From: an uncultured Desulfobacter sp.
Lineage (GTDB): Bacteria; Desulfobacterota; Desulfobacteria; Desulfobacterales; Desulfobacteraceae
NCBI GenBank assembly: GCA_963665095.1
Contig: OY762069.1
Location: forward strand, 3,840,001-3,904,000
DNA: 64,000 nt
Direction of reading: 5' to 3'
Both the position numbers and the translations under genes were made by a program. This document shows positions 1 to 9,992 of this stretch, piece by piece. The stretch's first letter is position 1; each line of letters begins with the position of its first letter. A model generated the notes under the pieces. That model did no database searches, had not been told where the DNA came from, and saw only the letters and a program-made list of their open reading frames with translations.

Positions 1-300
1 CACCGGCACATCATAGCCGTCCTTATGCCGGATATAGCACTCCTTGGCTTCAGTCTTACCATGCTCCAGCACACCGCACTGGGAAATATCCGTTGGATTG
101 GACTGATCATAGCACCGGCTGCACTTGATCAGCCGGCAGCTTTGTCCCACTGCCTCTTTTTCTGTGTACCCGCTGATATTTTCCATGGCCCGGTTCCAGG
201 CGGTAATTTTCCCCTCCTGGTCCAGAGTAAACAATCCCTCGGCCATTGCATCCAGAATATGGTTTAAAAAAGTTGCATTCCATATATCACTGTTTTTCAC
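1..300 (-). CDS. N-terminal part of a PAS-domain protein (probably a sensor or sigma-54-dependent regulator); runs off the window start
   Basis: Manual translation from GTG at 300: ...FLNHILDAMAEGLFTLDQEGKITAWNRAMENISGYTEKEAVGQSC...ECYIRHKDGYDVPV, a typical PAS pattern. Absent from the ORF track; start uncertain. Confidence 0.75.
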   Translation of the reverse strand, partial: MKNSDIWNATFLNHILDAMAEGLFTLDQEGKITAWNRAMENISGYTEKEAVGQSCRLIKCSRCYDQSNPTDISQCGVLEHGKTEAKECYIRHKDGYDVPV

Positions 301-364
301 GAAATCACCCGTTATCTTAACGTTACCAAACACCGGGCCATGATAAAGTAACGTTACACAACAA

Positions 365-517
365 TCAATCGTTATTCTCAAACGGGTTATCTTTTTTCTT
401 CTTATCTGTCCCCTGACAGGCATCACGCATTCAGGTCGATACGCCCATTTTGGGCAGGATATAAATCTGCAACAGCAGATAAAACACCAAAAACCCGATC
501 ATTAATAAAAGCTCCAT
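365..517 (-). CDS. Candidate 50-aa membrane-anchored selenoprotein (UGA at codon 29)
   Basis: AGGAG RBS before ATG 517. Translation MELLLMIGFLVFYLLLQIYILPKMGVST-U-MRDACQGTDKKKKDNPFENND*; in-frame TGA at 431-433 followed by a SECIS-like hairpin. Confidence 0.6.
406..419 (-). promoter_or_regulatory. Bacterial SECIS-like hairpin
   Basis: Minus strand CTGTC-AGGG-GACAG; loop starts 16 nt after the UGA and has G at loop position 2. Confidence 0.55.
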
Positions 518-702
518 TTTTTCTCCTTTGCATCATTTTAGTATCTCTTAACAAATCATTATCATTCTACTGGTTACCAAGCCTGCACCTTGTATAAAAG
601 GCTTTTGGACTTATACTTGAGACATGTAGCAAACCACATGCCACTGCCTCCCAAAAAGGATTTTGGGAAAGGGGAACCGCAGAACAGATAAAGGAGGTTA
701 CT

Positions 703-900
703 ATGCCCATTTTTGAATACACCTGCAAACAGTGCAAGAAAGAATTTGAAACTTTAGTTTTTTCTTCCAGGGACCCGGCACCCCAATGCCCTGCGTGCGG
801 CAGCCAGGAGGTAGCCAAGAAAGTGAGTGCCGCAAGCCTGACCAGGAGCGGGGGCTGTACTCCTTCAACGTCCGGCAGAAAATTTGGCTGAGCCAGTTAA
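703..900 (+). CDS. FmdB-family zinc-ribbon protein with probable C-terminal selenocysteine (...RKFG-U-AS*)
   Basis: MPIFEYTCKQC...CPACGS zinc ribbon; AGGAGG RBS; TGA 889-891 then GCC AGT TAA and a SECIS-like hairpin. Without recoding the CDS ends at 891. Confidence 0.8.
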
Positions 901-905
901 AATTC

Positions 906-923
906 CGGCGCCGGTCGGTGCCG
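906..923 (+). promoter_or_regulatory. Bacterial SECIS-like hairpin
   Basis: CGGCGCC-GGTC-GGTGCCG (7-bp stem with one G-U pair, GGUC loop as in the fdhF SECIS); loop 21 nt after the UGA. Confidence 0.7.
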
Positions 924-1075
924 TTCAATGGCTCATCCACGAAGGCATTGCAGGCTTAAAACAGATATTCAGCATCATCTTATTTAAAATAATGAGGATT
1001 TAGACTTGCTTATTTGCCATTTTCACTATTATATCAAACTGACTGCTTGAAAAAACAGACTAAGGAGATCCCAGA

Positions 1076-1606
1076 ATGATTCAGAAAATCGACCGTATCT
1101 TATTTGCTTCGGACCTGTCCGAGAACATGAAAGAGGTGTTTGAGCATGCAGTCTCTTTTTCCTCTTATACCGGGGCTAAAATCATCGTGCTTCATGTCAT
1201 GGAAGAGGCCAGCAAAAATGCAGAAAAACTTGTACAGCGTGCATTTGGGGAAAAACTGTACAACTCCCTTCGATCTGAACATAAAACCGGTGCCAGGAAT
1301 ATTTTGACAGGTAAAAATGTGGATGCCCTGCGTATCCGCCAGGCAATTGCCGGCTTCCTTGAAAACAGAGAAGAAGCGGAAGAGATTGTTGAACAAGGCT
1401 CTCCCATTGAAAAAATTCTTGTAACAGAAAGTCGATCCATTGCAGATGAAATTACCCAGACAGCTGTTGCGGAAGCGTGTGGAGCCATCATTATGGGATG
1501 TGGACACCACAGTTTTATCGCAAACGCCATAGGGGACAATATTGCCCGCAAGATACTTAAACGCGCAACAGTTCCTGTTCTGGTCGTCCCCCTTTTAAAA
1601 GGGTAA
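1076..1606 (+). CDS. Universal stress protein (UspA family)
   Basis: RILFASDLSE...IVLHV...IIMG...GDNIARKILKRATVPVLVVP motifs. Confidence 0.9.
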   Translation: MIQKIDRILFASDLSENMKEVFEHAVSFSSYTGAKIIVLHVMEEASKNAEKLVQRAFGEKLYNSLRSEHKTGARNILTGKNVDALRIRQAIAGFLENREEAEEIVEQGSPIEKILVTESRSIADEITQTAVAEACGAIIMGCGHHSFIANAIGDNIARKILKRATVPVLVVPLLKG

Positions 1607-1715
1607 AAGACCCTGGACTCCGGGCCGCTTTGAATCGCTGCTTTCGATAATCTTTAGCCTGTGATATACCTTTGCGTCGTTGTGCAGATAAAACAAGCCT
1701 GATTGTGGAGGTGGT

Positions 1716-2099
1716 ATGGCAGAGATATCTGATATTGTATTGATTTATCTGGAAGAAGCACCGGTCAGCTTTGCCCGGGTTGAAGATATTGTGCCGGATC
1801 ATAAAAAGGACTGGTATCAGATCAGCCTGCTCATGCTCCAGATTCCGTTACAGGTCGTTACCTGGATTTTAAGGGAGGAGTATATCAACGGCGAGATTTT
1901 TTCCATGAACGGTAAAAAAATGCGCCTGGAGCGCGTGGAAGCCCCTGCCCGCGTAGTTGAAGATGATTCTTCACTCACACCTCCCCACAAAAATAAGCAG
2001 TCACCTGAACCAGACACCACCTCAGACAGAAAACAGGGAAAGATCATCTCTTTTTCTGATCTAAAAAACCAAAAAAACGGACAGGACCCCGACATTTGA
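1716..2099 (+). CDS. Hypothetical protein
   Basis: GGAGG RBS; 127-aa ORF overlapping the next gene; globular N-terminus, low-complexity tail. Confidence 0.75.
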   Translation: MAEISDIVLIYLEEAPVSFARVEDIVPDHKKDWYQISLLMLQIPLQVVTWILREEYINGEIFSMNGKKMRLERVEAPARVVEDDSSLTPPHKNKQSPEPDTTSDRKQGKIISFSDLKNQKNGQDPDI

Positions 2100-3001
2100 C
2101 AGAGGCAGCGGGCATCCTGTCTGCATCCCGGCGTACGGACATACCGGGGTGGTACACACCCTGGTTTCTGGACAGGGTTGAAAAGGGGTGGTTTCCCGTC
2201 ACCAACCCCTTTAACAGGCAGACCCGGAAAGTCAGTGCCAGGCCTGAGGATATTCACACAATTGTTTTCTGGTCTAAAAATTATGGCCCGTTTCTGGAAC
2301 TGGATGCCCACAGAATTCTGGCAGAAAAAGGCTTTCACCTTTTCTTTAACTTTACCATTAACACACCATCCAAAGATCTTGAGCCGGTCCTGCCGCACCT
2401 GGATATCCGCCTGACCCAGGCCCGGCGCATTGCCGAAAACCTAAACCCCGCCCAAATCGCATGGCGCTTTGACCCGATCTGCTTTTATGAAAAAAATGGA
2501 CAGTTAATGGATAATATCAGCGGGTTTAAACACATTGCAAGAGAACTGTCCGACATGGGCATTACCCGGTGTATCACCAGCTTTTACGACCCTTATAAAA
2601 AAGTGGAACAACGCACCAGGCGCCTGGCAGAAAAAGGCAACCCATATATCCGTTTTATTGACCCGAACGTTGAAACAAAACAGCTGGTGATTTCACATAT
2701 GTCCGATTTCCTGGCAGATCTGGGTATCCGCCTTTTTTTATGCTGTGAAAAAGAGTTGCTGGATAGTTCTGGTCTTAAGGGAAATGCGGCTCCCAGTGCC
2801 TGTATTGACGGACATCTGTACAAACACTTGTTTGGCGGAACCCCCGAGACACATGCTGATTATGGGCAACGGCGCAAACAAGGCTGCAGGTGTACCAGAT
2901 CCTTTGATATTGGCAGCTACGATGAACACCCCTGCTTCCATAACTGTCTTTTCTGCTATGCCAGGACAGGACAGGACACACAAAACCGGGGACGCCTATG
3001 A
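2096..3001 (+). CDS. DUF1848 family protein
   Basis: ILSASRRTDIP, VFWSKN, WRFDPI and C-terminal CRC...DIGSY...CFHNCLFCYA signature. Confidence 0.9.
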   Translation: MTEAAGILSASRRTDIPGWYTPWFLDRVEKGWFPVTNPFNRQTRKVSARPEDIHTIVFWSKNYGPFLELDAHRILAEKGFHLFFNFTINTPSKDLEPVLPHLDIRLTQARRIAENLNPAQIAWRFDPICFYEKNGQLMDNISGFKHIARELSDMGITRCITSFYDPYKKVEQRTRRLAEKGNPYIRFIDPNVETKQLVISHMSDFLADLGIRLFLCCEKELLDSSGLKGNAAPSACIDGHLYKHLFGGTPETHADYGQRRKQGCRCTRSFDIGSYDEHPCFHNCLFCYARTGQDTQNRGRL

Positions 3002-3966
3002 AAATAAAAGATCTGGAAGTCAAAGGAATTACCTTTTTAGCCCCTTTGGCAGGGATTACCAACCTGCCATTCAGACAGCTTGTCAAAGAGTGCGGGTGCG
3101 CAGTGGTATGTTCGGAGATGATCAGCGCCAAGGGGATATTTTACAACTCAGAAAATACCCTGACGCTGCTCAAATCCCATGCGAGTGAGCGGCCTTTGTC
3201 GGTCCAGATATTTGGTGCAGATCCAGTATCCATGGGTAGGGCCGCCGCCTTTATTGATGATCTGGGTACAGCAGATATCATTGACATCAATTTTGGCTGC
3301 TCCGTTAGGAAGGTGGTCAAACAAGGGGCCGGCGTCAGCTTAATGAAGGATTTAACCCTTGCGGAAAAAGTATTAAACGCAGTCAGAAATGCCACAAGCC
3401 TTCCTTTTACGATTAAAATTAGAAGCGGATGGGATGCCTCTGGAGCCCAGGCGTTTGCCCTGGCTAAGATCGCCGAAACCTCAGGTGTGGATGCCATTGC
3501 ATTTCACCCGCGCACTGCTGTTCAGGGGTTCAGGGGCAAAGCGGACTGGCAGCTGATCCGGCGCCTTAAACAGGAGGTGGGGGTTCCTGTAATCGGCAAT
3601 GGGGATATCATCACCCCGGAGGATGCGGGTCGAATGATATCACAGACTGGCTGCGACGGCGTTATGGTCGGCCGGGCCTCAATGTCCAATCCGTTTATCC
3701 TGTCACAGATTGAACAGTTTGCAGCCCATGGCAACTACATCCGGCCGGCCCCTTGCGACATTTTCAGAAAAATGGAATCTCTGACCCTGCGCTATGTATC
3801 CTTTTTCGGGGAGGAGACGGGGTGCAAAATGCTCAGGGGACGGCTTTCCTGGTTTATCCGTGGGCTTCCCGGCGCATCCGCATTCCGAAGAGATTTATCC
3901 ACGCTGCAAAGCTGCTGTCACGCCCTTGAACTCATTCGCCGATTTGAGGCTGGACTTATGGTTTAG
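2998..3966 (+). CDS. dusB: tRNA-dihydrouridine synthase
   Basis: LAPLAG, IDINFGC, KIRSGW, IGNGDI, DGVMVGRA motifs. Confidence 0.92.
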   Translation: MKIKDLEVKGITFLAPLAGITNLPFRQLVKECGCAVVCSEMISAKGIFYNSENTLTLLKSHASERPLSVQIFGADPVSMGRAAAFIDDLGTADIIDINFGCSVRKVVKQGAGVSLMKDLTLAEKVLNAVRNATSLPFTIKIRSGWDASGAQAFALAKIAETSGVDAIAFHPRTAVQGFRGKADWQLIRRLKQEVGVPVIGNGDIITPEDAGRMISQTGCDGVMVGRASMSNPFILSQIEQFAAHGNYIRPAPCDIFRKMESLTLRYVSFFGEETGCKMLRGRLSWFIRGLPGASAFRRDLSTLQSCCHALELIRRFEAGLMV

Positions 3967-4357
3967 TGTACTCGGCAGATCCCACAGACGAAATCCCGCC
4001 CCTGGGCGTGAATTCGCCTGTCACTTTCATATAAAGTGGGTTTATCACTAAGACCAGATCATCCAGAATTTTATTCACCACATGTTCGTAAAACATCCCG
4101 ACATTTCTGTACTGCATCAAATAATATTTAAGAGACTTCAGCTCTACAAGATGCGCATCCGGGCGATATTCAATAATGATGGTACCGTTATCGGGTAACC
4201 CGGTCATGGGACAGACGGAGGTGTACTCCGGCTGGGTGATTTTTATATCAATACTGCGTTTTGATTTATATGCATAATCAATAGGCTCAAGCAAATCCGG
4301 GACTATCACATCGGCCGAATCCACTGTAAACGGAGTGTCGTAATGTTTATTTTCCAT
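3956..4357 (-). CDS. queF: 7-cyano-7-deazaguanine reductase (preQ1 synthase)
   Basis: PEYTSVCPMTGLPD, VELKSLKYYL, PRGGI motifs. Confidence 0.95.
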   Translation of the reverse strand: MENKHYDTPFTVDSADVIVPDLLEPIDYAYKSKRSIDIKITQPEYTSVCPMTGLPDNGTIIIEYRPDAHLVELKSLKYYLMQYRNVGMFYEHVVNKILDDLVLVINPLYMKVTGEFTPRGGISSVGSAEYTKP

Positions 4358-4739
4358 ATTAATATTTCTTTAACAAACCTTTACAAATCTTTACCCTAAA
4401 ATAGACCCCTATGGGTTGGTATTTTCTTCAGAATTATGGTAGCATACCTGTTAGAAGTATACAATATACTTCAACAATGGAATTGCTTGGGAACGGTTCG
4501 CTTCGACAGATAAATCCGTGGCAATACAAAAGTTGGGAAATTATTTAAAATTCTCTTGACAAGCGACCTTAAAAATAGATAAAAATCCCTGCATTCTGTT
4601 AGACTTTAATTTAATTAACTACATCCTTTTACTGCTCGCATTTGTTGATTAAGGAACAGCTGAAATTTTTTTCACAGCGCACATATATATCTATTATATA
4701 TTTATGCAGCAGAAGGATACCTAAGGAGGAAAAAGATAA

Positions 4740-5528
4740 ATGAACGATTTTTTGCAGAGCCTTCGTAACGGCCAGGCAGAGAAGGCGCGAACCCCCAAAA
4801 CGCGAAAAAGCTTTGACAACTCGTATCACTACTCAAGTGGTACCAGATTTCATTCATATCCCAACGGTGGATATCAAAACACCAGAACACCCCAGATGAA
4901 AAGACCGGGCGCCCCGGGTATGCCCCAGCCCATGGGCAACCAAGTTCCTGTCGAAGAGCCGAATTCCGTTCTTATAGCCGACATTCTGGATAACTTAAGT
5001 TCCCAGATCGATATTCTGGTTAAAAACCAGGAATACATGATTACAATCCAGGAACGGACAGCTGACCTGCTTCAGCGTCAGGCCGATGCCATTGAAATAA
5101 TAATGGAAAGCCTTAGTGGTTCAGAGAACACAATGGCTGCCCCCGCCCCAGCTTTTGAGCATCACTATGTATCTTCCCAGGATGAAGATGAAAGTTTTGA
5201 CGAAACAGTGGGAGACCTGCTTAAAGCTGAAATGGTTGAAGAAGAACGTAGAAAAGCAGCAGCGCAGACACCTGCTGTTAAAAAACGCAGAAAAATTGTC
5301 GCCCCGGCGACCCAGCCGGCCCCGTCAGCGCCAACGCCTTTGTCATCCAATTCAACAGCAGAGCTACTCCCCCGAGATGAAATCATGAATATTATCAACA
5401 TGATGCGGGAGCAAGGCGCTACCTATGACCAGGTAGCCAAACACCTTATTGACCTTGGGCAGCCAACGTTTTCAGGCCGTGGAGAGTGGCACGCACAAAC
5501 CATCCACAGACTGTGTAGCAATAAATAA
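4740..5528 (+). CDS. Hypothetical protein with coiled-coil and C-terminal Recombinase-like DNA-binding domain
   Basis: AGGAGG RBS; C-terminal GATYDQVAKHLIDLGQPTFSGRGEWHAQTIHRL resembles the serine-recombinase DNA-binding domain; no catalytic domain. Confidence 0.75.
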   Translation: MNDFLQSLRNGQAEKARTPKTRKSFDNSYHYSSGTRFHSYPNGGYQNTRTPQMKRPGAPGMPQPMGNQVPVEEPNSVLIADILDNLSSQIDILVKNQEYMITIQERTADLLQRQADAIEIIMESLSGSENTMAAPAPAFEHHYVSSQDEDESFDETVGDLLKAEMVEEERRKAAAQTPAVKKRRKIVAPATQPAPSAPTPLSSNSTAELLPRDEIMNIINMMREQGATYDQVAKHLIDLGQPTFSGRGEWHAQTIHRLCSNK

Positions 5529-5552
5529 AATCTAAAAGACCTAAGAATTTCT

Positions 5553-5589
5553 AAAACAGCCGGCAGGGACCAGCCCTCCGGCTGTTTTT
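5553..5589. terminator. Bidirectional intrinsic terminator
   Basis: AAAACAGCCGG...CCGGCTGTTTTT between convergent genes. Confidence 0.75.
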
Positions 5590-5590
5590 C

Positions 5591-5893
5591 TTATTTCCCC
5601 TCCCGCAGCCGGGCCATGTATTCATCCCATTCTGCCGGCAGCAGCTGGCGTTTTTGGGTATTGCACGCCTTACAGCAGGGCACCAGATTGAATTTTTCCG
5701 AACGCCCCCCCCTGGAAATGGGGATCACATGATCCATGGTCAGTTCCCTGGGTGGAAACTGCCCTTTGCAATAATGACAGATCCCGGATGCCCGCTTTCG
5801 CTTCCACCACTGGCTGCTCTTAAGCTGCCGTGCTTTCGTCCGTTCCTGTTTTAAAACAGCTTCGTCGGGAAAAGAAAAAAAAGGCTCCATCAC
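5591..5893 (-). CDS. Small HNH endonuclease-family protein
   Basis: CHYC...TMDHVIPISRGG...NLVPCCKACN. Confidence 0.9.
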   Translation of the reverse strand: MMEPFFSFPDEAVLKQERTKARQLKSSQWWKRKRASGICHYCKGQFPPRELTMDHVIPISRGGRSEKFNLVPCCKACNTQKRQLLPAEWDEYMARLREGK

Positions 5894-5920
5894 CTCGCCA
5901 TATCGTCATACAGACTTTTA

Positions 5921-6805
5921 TTAATATCCAAACTCACTGAGGCGACGTTCATTTGATACCCAGTCCCGGGTTACCTTAACAAAAAGTTTAAGCAGCACCT
6001 TGACCCCAAGCATATCCTCAATATCTTTCCGGGCACTTGAACCAATGCGCTTCAGCATACTTCCATTTTTCCCGATAATAATTCCTTTTTGTGAATTACG
6101 AACCAGGTGGATGCTGGCATGGATTACAATTAGCTTTTTTTCAACCTCAAAGGCATCCACTGTTACAGCAGATGAGTACGGAATCTCCATACCGGTGAGT
6201 CGAAACACCTTTTCCCGAATGATTTCGCTGACCATATATTTCTCGGACACATCGGTAAAGGTTTCTTCGGGATAAAGTGCCGGCCCCTCAGGCAATCTTT
6301 TTTCCACTTCGTCAAGAAGAATATCAACCTGGATATTTTTCCTGGCAGAAACCGGTACGATGGTTTCAAAATCGTACATCTGACTGAACTGGTCAACCTG
6401 CTTAAATACAGCGGCCTTATCTGCAAGGTCAATTTTATTCAAGGCCAGTATAACCGGTTTGTTAACCGTTGAAAACTGGTTGACGATCATCTTTTCCGAT
6501 GAATAGTTCCGGGAGGCTGCATCCACCATGAACAAAATCAGATCCACATCCTCCATGGCCTGAACGGCCTGGTCCACAATGCGCCGGTTGAGCAGCGTGG
6601 TACTTTTATGAATACCTGGCGTATCCAGAAAAACGATCTGTGCATGGGGGCGGTTGACAATACCCAGGATTCTATCCCGGGTGGTCTGGGGTTTTTTAGA
6701 GGTGATGGAGATTTTTTGGCCCAGCACCTGGTTAAGCAGAGTTGATTTTCCTGCATTGGGGGCACCAATAATACCCACAAATCCTGAACGGATAACACTG
6801 GTCAT
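5921..6805 (-). CDS. era: GTPase Era
   Basis: GAPNAGKSTL, KPQTTR, DTPG, NKID and KH domain (GKNGSMLKRIG). Confidence 0.97.
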   Translation of the reverse strand: MTSVIRSGFVGIIGAPNAGKSTLLNQVLGQKISITSKKPQTTRDRILGIVNRPHAQIVFLDTPGIHKSTTLLNRRIVDQAVQAMEDVDLILFMVDAASRNYSSEKMIVNQFSTVNKPVILALNKIDLADKAAVFKQVDQFSQMYDFETIVPVSARKNIQVDILLDEVEKRLPEGPALYPEETFTDVSEKYMVSEIIREKVFRLTGMEIPYSSAVTVDAFEVEKKLIVIHASIHLVRNSQKGIIIGKNGSMLKRIGSSARKDIEDMLGVKVLLKLFVKVTRDWVSNERRLSEFGY

Positions 6806-6808
6806 TTT

Positions 6809-7408
6809 TTACGCCTCCTCCTGGTACCAGTCCATGAGATTGTGAATCTCATCCCAGATGGTCTGCCTGCCCTGTCCTGTTTTGGCAGAAAACAGGACAA
6901 TGCCATTACGATCCCGGTTAAAACATTCACAGGCAGCATCCAGCTGCTTTATCTGCTTGCTTTTTGACAACTTATCAGCCTTTGTCAACACCAGAAGATA
7001 GGGCATATTCCTGGCTTCAAGCCACTGGGTCATTTCAAACTCCTCCCGGGCCGGGGCCCTTCTGATATCAATGAGCAGAATCAGCCCCAGAAGATTGGAC
7101 CTGGTTTTCATATAGGTCTCCACCATGGGCCGCCACTGGGCCCGGACTTTTTTGGAGACCTTTGCATACCCGTACCCGGGCAAATCCACCAGAGAGAACC
7201 CGTCATTAACCAGAAAGAAATTAATCAGCTGGGTACATCCTGGCCTGGAGCTTGTCTTGACCATGTCCTTCCGGGATATCAGAGTATTGATCAGGGAGGA
7301 TTTCCCCACATTGGAACGTCCGGCAAACGCGATTTCGGGGAAATCGTATTCCGGATAATGGGCGGGTTTTACCGCACTTTTTACAAATTCAACGGCACGG
7401 ATTTTCAT
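6809..7408 (-). CDS. engB: Ribosome biogenesis GTP-binding protein YihA/YsxC
   Basis: GRSNVGKSSLIN, DLPGYGYA, TKADK. Confidence 0.95.
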   Translation of the reverse strand: MKIRAVEFVKSAVKPAHYPEYDFPEIAFAGRSNVGKSSLINTLISRKDMVKTSSRPGCTQLINFFLVNDGFSLVDLPGYGYAKVSKKVRAQWRPMVETYMKTRSNLLGLILLIDIRRAPAREEFEMTQWLEARNMPYLLVLTKADKLSKSKQIKQLDAACECFNRDRNGIVLFSAKTGQGRQTIWDEIHNLMDWYQEEA

Positions 7409-8562
7409 GCATTCCTTTTCAGATACTCCTCCAACCGGTCCATACCGGTCTTCAAATTTTCCATGGAGTTGGCATAGGAAAACCGAAGATATCCTTCGCC
7501 ATTGGCACCAAAATCAATACCCGGCGTCACTCCGATATGCGCCTTTTCCAGGATATCAAATGCCAGGGCGTAAGAGTCCATGGAAATATGCTTGAAATTC
7601 ACAAAAATATAAAAGGCGCCAGTCGGTTCCACAGTAATAGACAACCCCATCTCCTTGAGTCGTCTGATCAAAAACTTTCTGCGCTCATCATAGGTCCTGC
7701 GCATCTGTTCTGTCTCTTTTTCAGCCCCGGATAAAGCGGCAGCCCCGGCCAGCTGGGTGACGGAATTGGCGCAGATAAAAAAGTTCTGCTGCAACACCTG
7801 TAAGGCCCGGACAAAGGGCATGGGTGCAATCAGGTATCCCAGGCGAAGCCCTGTCATGGCAAACAGCTTGGAAAACCCGTTCAGGACAAAGGCCTGGTCT
7901 GTGAACTCCAGGATGGAGTGATCTTTCCCCTCATAGGTCAAACCGTGGTAAATTTCATCAGAAACAATATACAGGCCATGCTCCCGGGCCACTGCAACAA
8001 TTTCCTTCATCCGGTCCTCTGGAATAACGGTGCCTGTGGGGTTGGCCGGAGAATTAATAAATATGGCCTTGGTTTTCGGGGTAATTTTTTCTTTTATGGC
8101 TTCAGGAGTATAAACAAACCCGTCTTCTTCGTGGACCTTGACAAAAATGGGTTCGCCTTGGACATACCGGATAAAATTGGCATAGCAGGCATAATGGGGA
8201 TCAGATACAATCACCTCATCCCCGGGATTTAGCAGGGCACTGAATACCAAAAGCATGGCGGGGGAAGTGCCGGAAGTCACAAGAATCTGGCCCGGATCAA
8301 CCTTTGTGCCATAGATACGGCCATGGTAATCGCTGATCGCCTTGCGCAGACGCAGGTCCCCAAGACTGTGGGTATAGCAGGTTTCATGCTGTTCCAGGGC
8401 CTCCATGTAGACCCTGTTAACACATTCGGGGACATTGAAATCAGGCTCCCCGATCTCCATGTGAATCACATTAATTCCGTCAGCTTCCATCTTATGGATT
8501 TTTTCCATCACATCCATAACAATGAACGGCTTTATCTGTTCACATCTTCTGGCCACAGTCAT
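7405..8562 (-). CDS. PLP-dependent aminotransferase class I/II
   Basis: NSPANPTG, SDEIY, GFSKLFAMTGLRLGY. Confidence 0.92.
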   Translation of the reverse strand: MTVARRCEQIKPFIVMDVMEKIHKMEADGINVIHMEIGEPDFNVPECVNRVYMEALEQHETCYTHSLGDLRLRKAISDYHGRIYGTKVDPGQILVTSGTSPAMLLVFSALLNPGDEVIVSDPHYACYANFIRYVQGEPIFVKVHEEDGFVYTPEAIKEKITPKTKAIFINSPANPTGTVIPEDRMKEIVAVAREHGLYIVSDEIYHGLTYEGKDHSILEFTDQAFVLNGFSKLFAMTGLRLGYLIAPMPFVRALQVLQQNFFICANSVTQLAGAAALSGAEKETEQMRRTYDERRKFLIRRLKEMGLSITVEPTGAFYIFVNFKHISMDSYALAFDILEKAHIGVTPGIDFGANGEGYLRFSYANSMENLKTGMDRLEEYLKRNA

Positions 8563-8563
8563 C

Positions 8564-9439
8564 TTAAATCACCTTATTCAATGAATACTCAATAATACCT
8601 TCGGCTCCCTTTTTCAATAGACAGGGAACCAGATCCCTCACAACTTTGTTTTCAACCACAGTCTCAACACTAAACCAGTCAGACTGGTACAGAGATGCCA
8701 CAGTGGGAGCATTCAGACTTGGCAGAAGCGCCACAATATCAGGCAGCTTTGACTCAGGTACATTCATTTTAAGGCCCACCAGCTTCTCTGCCACCAGGGC
8801 CGCTTTAAGCAGCATGGCAATCTGCTCAATTTTTTCACGCTTTTCCGGATTCTGCCAGGCAGTTTTATTGGCAATGAGCTGGGTATTGGTTTTCATCACC
8901 TCGTGGATCACCCGCAGGTTGTGGGCCCGGATAGTGCTCTCGGTTTCTGTTATTTCCACAATGGCATCAGCCAGACCGGATACGATTTTGGCTTCGGTGG
9001 CGCCCCAGGAAAACTTCACATTGACATTAATATTGCGGGACTCAAAAAAGCGCTTGGTAAATTTGACGAGCTCAGTGGATATGGTTTTCCCTTCCAGGTC
9101 GGCCAGGGTCTTTATATCCGAATCCCCTGCCACAGCAACCACCCACCGGGCCGGCCGCGCAGACACTTTTGAATAAACCAGATCAGCCACTACATGGACA
9201 TCTGATTCATGTTCCGCCACCCAGTCAAGGCCGGTGAGACCGGCATCAATAACGCCTGACTCCACATTAATGGACATCTCCTGGGCACGGCACAGGGCAC
9301 ATTCAATGGTATCGTCATCAATGTCCGGGAAATAGCTTCTGCCTTCCACATTAATCTTCCAACCGGAACGTCTGAACAGATTGACCGTTGCATTCTGCAG
9401 GCTTCCTTTGGGGATGCCCAGCTTTAACATCTTTTCCAT
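8564..9439 (-). CDS. hisG: ATP phosphoribosyltransferase (long form)
   Basis: [20 protein letters not shown] and C-terminal regulatory domain (APTVASL). Confidence 0.93.
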   Translation of the reverse strand: MEKMLKLGIPKGSLQNATVNLFRRSGWKINVEGRSYFPDIDDDTIECALCRAQEMSINVESGVIDAGLTGLDWVAEHESDVHVVADLVYSKVSARPARWVVAVAGDSDIKTLADLEGKTISTELVKFTKRFFESRNINVNVKFSWGATEAKIVSGLADAIVEITETESTIRAHNLRVIHEVMKTNTQLIANKTAWQNPEKREKIEQIAMLLKAALVAEKLVGLKMNVPESKLPDIVALLPSLNAPTVASLYQSDWFSVETVVENKVVRDLVPCLLKKGAEGIIEYSLNKVI

Positions 9440-9813
9440 TACTTATATACCTTTTCCGGGTCAAAGACCCGCTCCTCAACAACTTTAAACTCGCCGTCTT
9501 CCACAACTGTGTGAAAACAGCTTTTAAATCCTTTATGGCAGGCAGCCCCGCCCACCTGCTCCACCTTGAGCAGCACCGTGTCGTTGTCACAGTCCACCCG
9601 GATCTCTTTAACATGCTGAACGTGCCCCGAAGTTTCACCTTTGAGCCATAGTTTATTTCTGGACCGGCTGAAGTATACGGCTTTACCACCGGCAAGGGTC
9701 TGTTCAAAGGCCTGTTTGTTCATATAGGCCAGCATAAGGACCTCTCCGGTCTCCGCATCCTGGGCAATGGCTGGAATCAACCCACCGGTTTTATTAAAAT
9801 CAAGTTCCGGCAT
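9439..9813 (-). CDS. hisI: Phosphoribosyl-AMP cyclohydrolase
   Basis: [37 protein letters not shown]; start placed at MPELDF. Confidence 0.93.
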   Translation of the reverse strand: MPELDFNKTGGLIPAIAQDAETGEVLMLAYMNKQAFEQTLAGGKAVYFSRSRNKLWLKGETSGHVQHVKEIRVDCDNDTVLLKVEQVGGAACHKGFKSCFHTVVEDGEFKVVEERVFDPEKVYK

Positions 9814-9992
9814 GAATTTCTTTATCCCTTTTTTTAGTACATTGACATCAAAACTTTTATATCTAATTGAATACCCATAAAAAGTCAATTTATATATTCC
9901 TGATTCAAGAAAAGGACAATCTATTGCCATCTGAACCCCAATCTGATAAAAGCAAGTATTTTATCAAAATTAGGACAGCATTTCGGAAGCTT

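Noticed and set aside
4360..4735. preQ1 riboswitch or sRNA upstream of queF
   Set aside because: AT-rich divergent promoter region (TTGACA at 4556); no preQ1 aptamer pattern recognised.
5591..5893. HNH protein as a defence or homing nuclease
   Set aside because: Small stand-alone HNH at the end of the his-engB-era run, with host-like composition and no mobile context.
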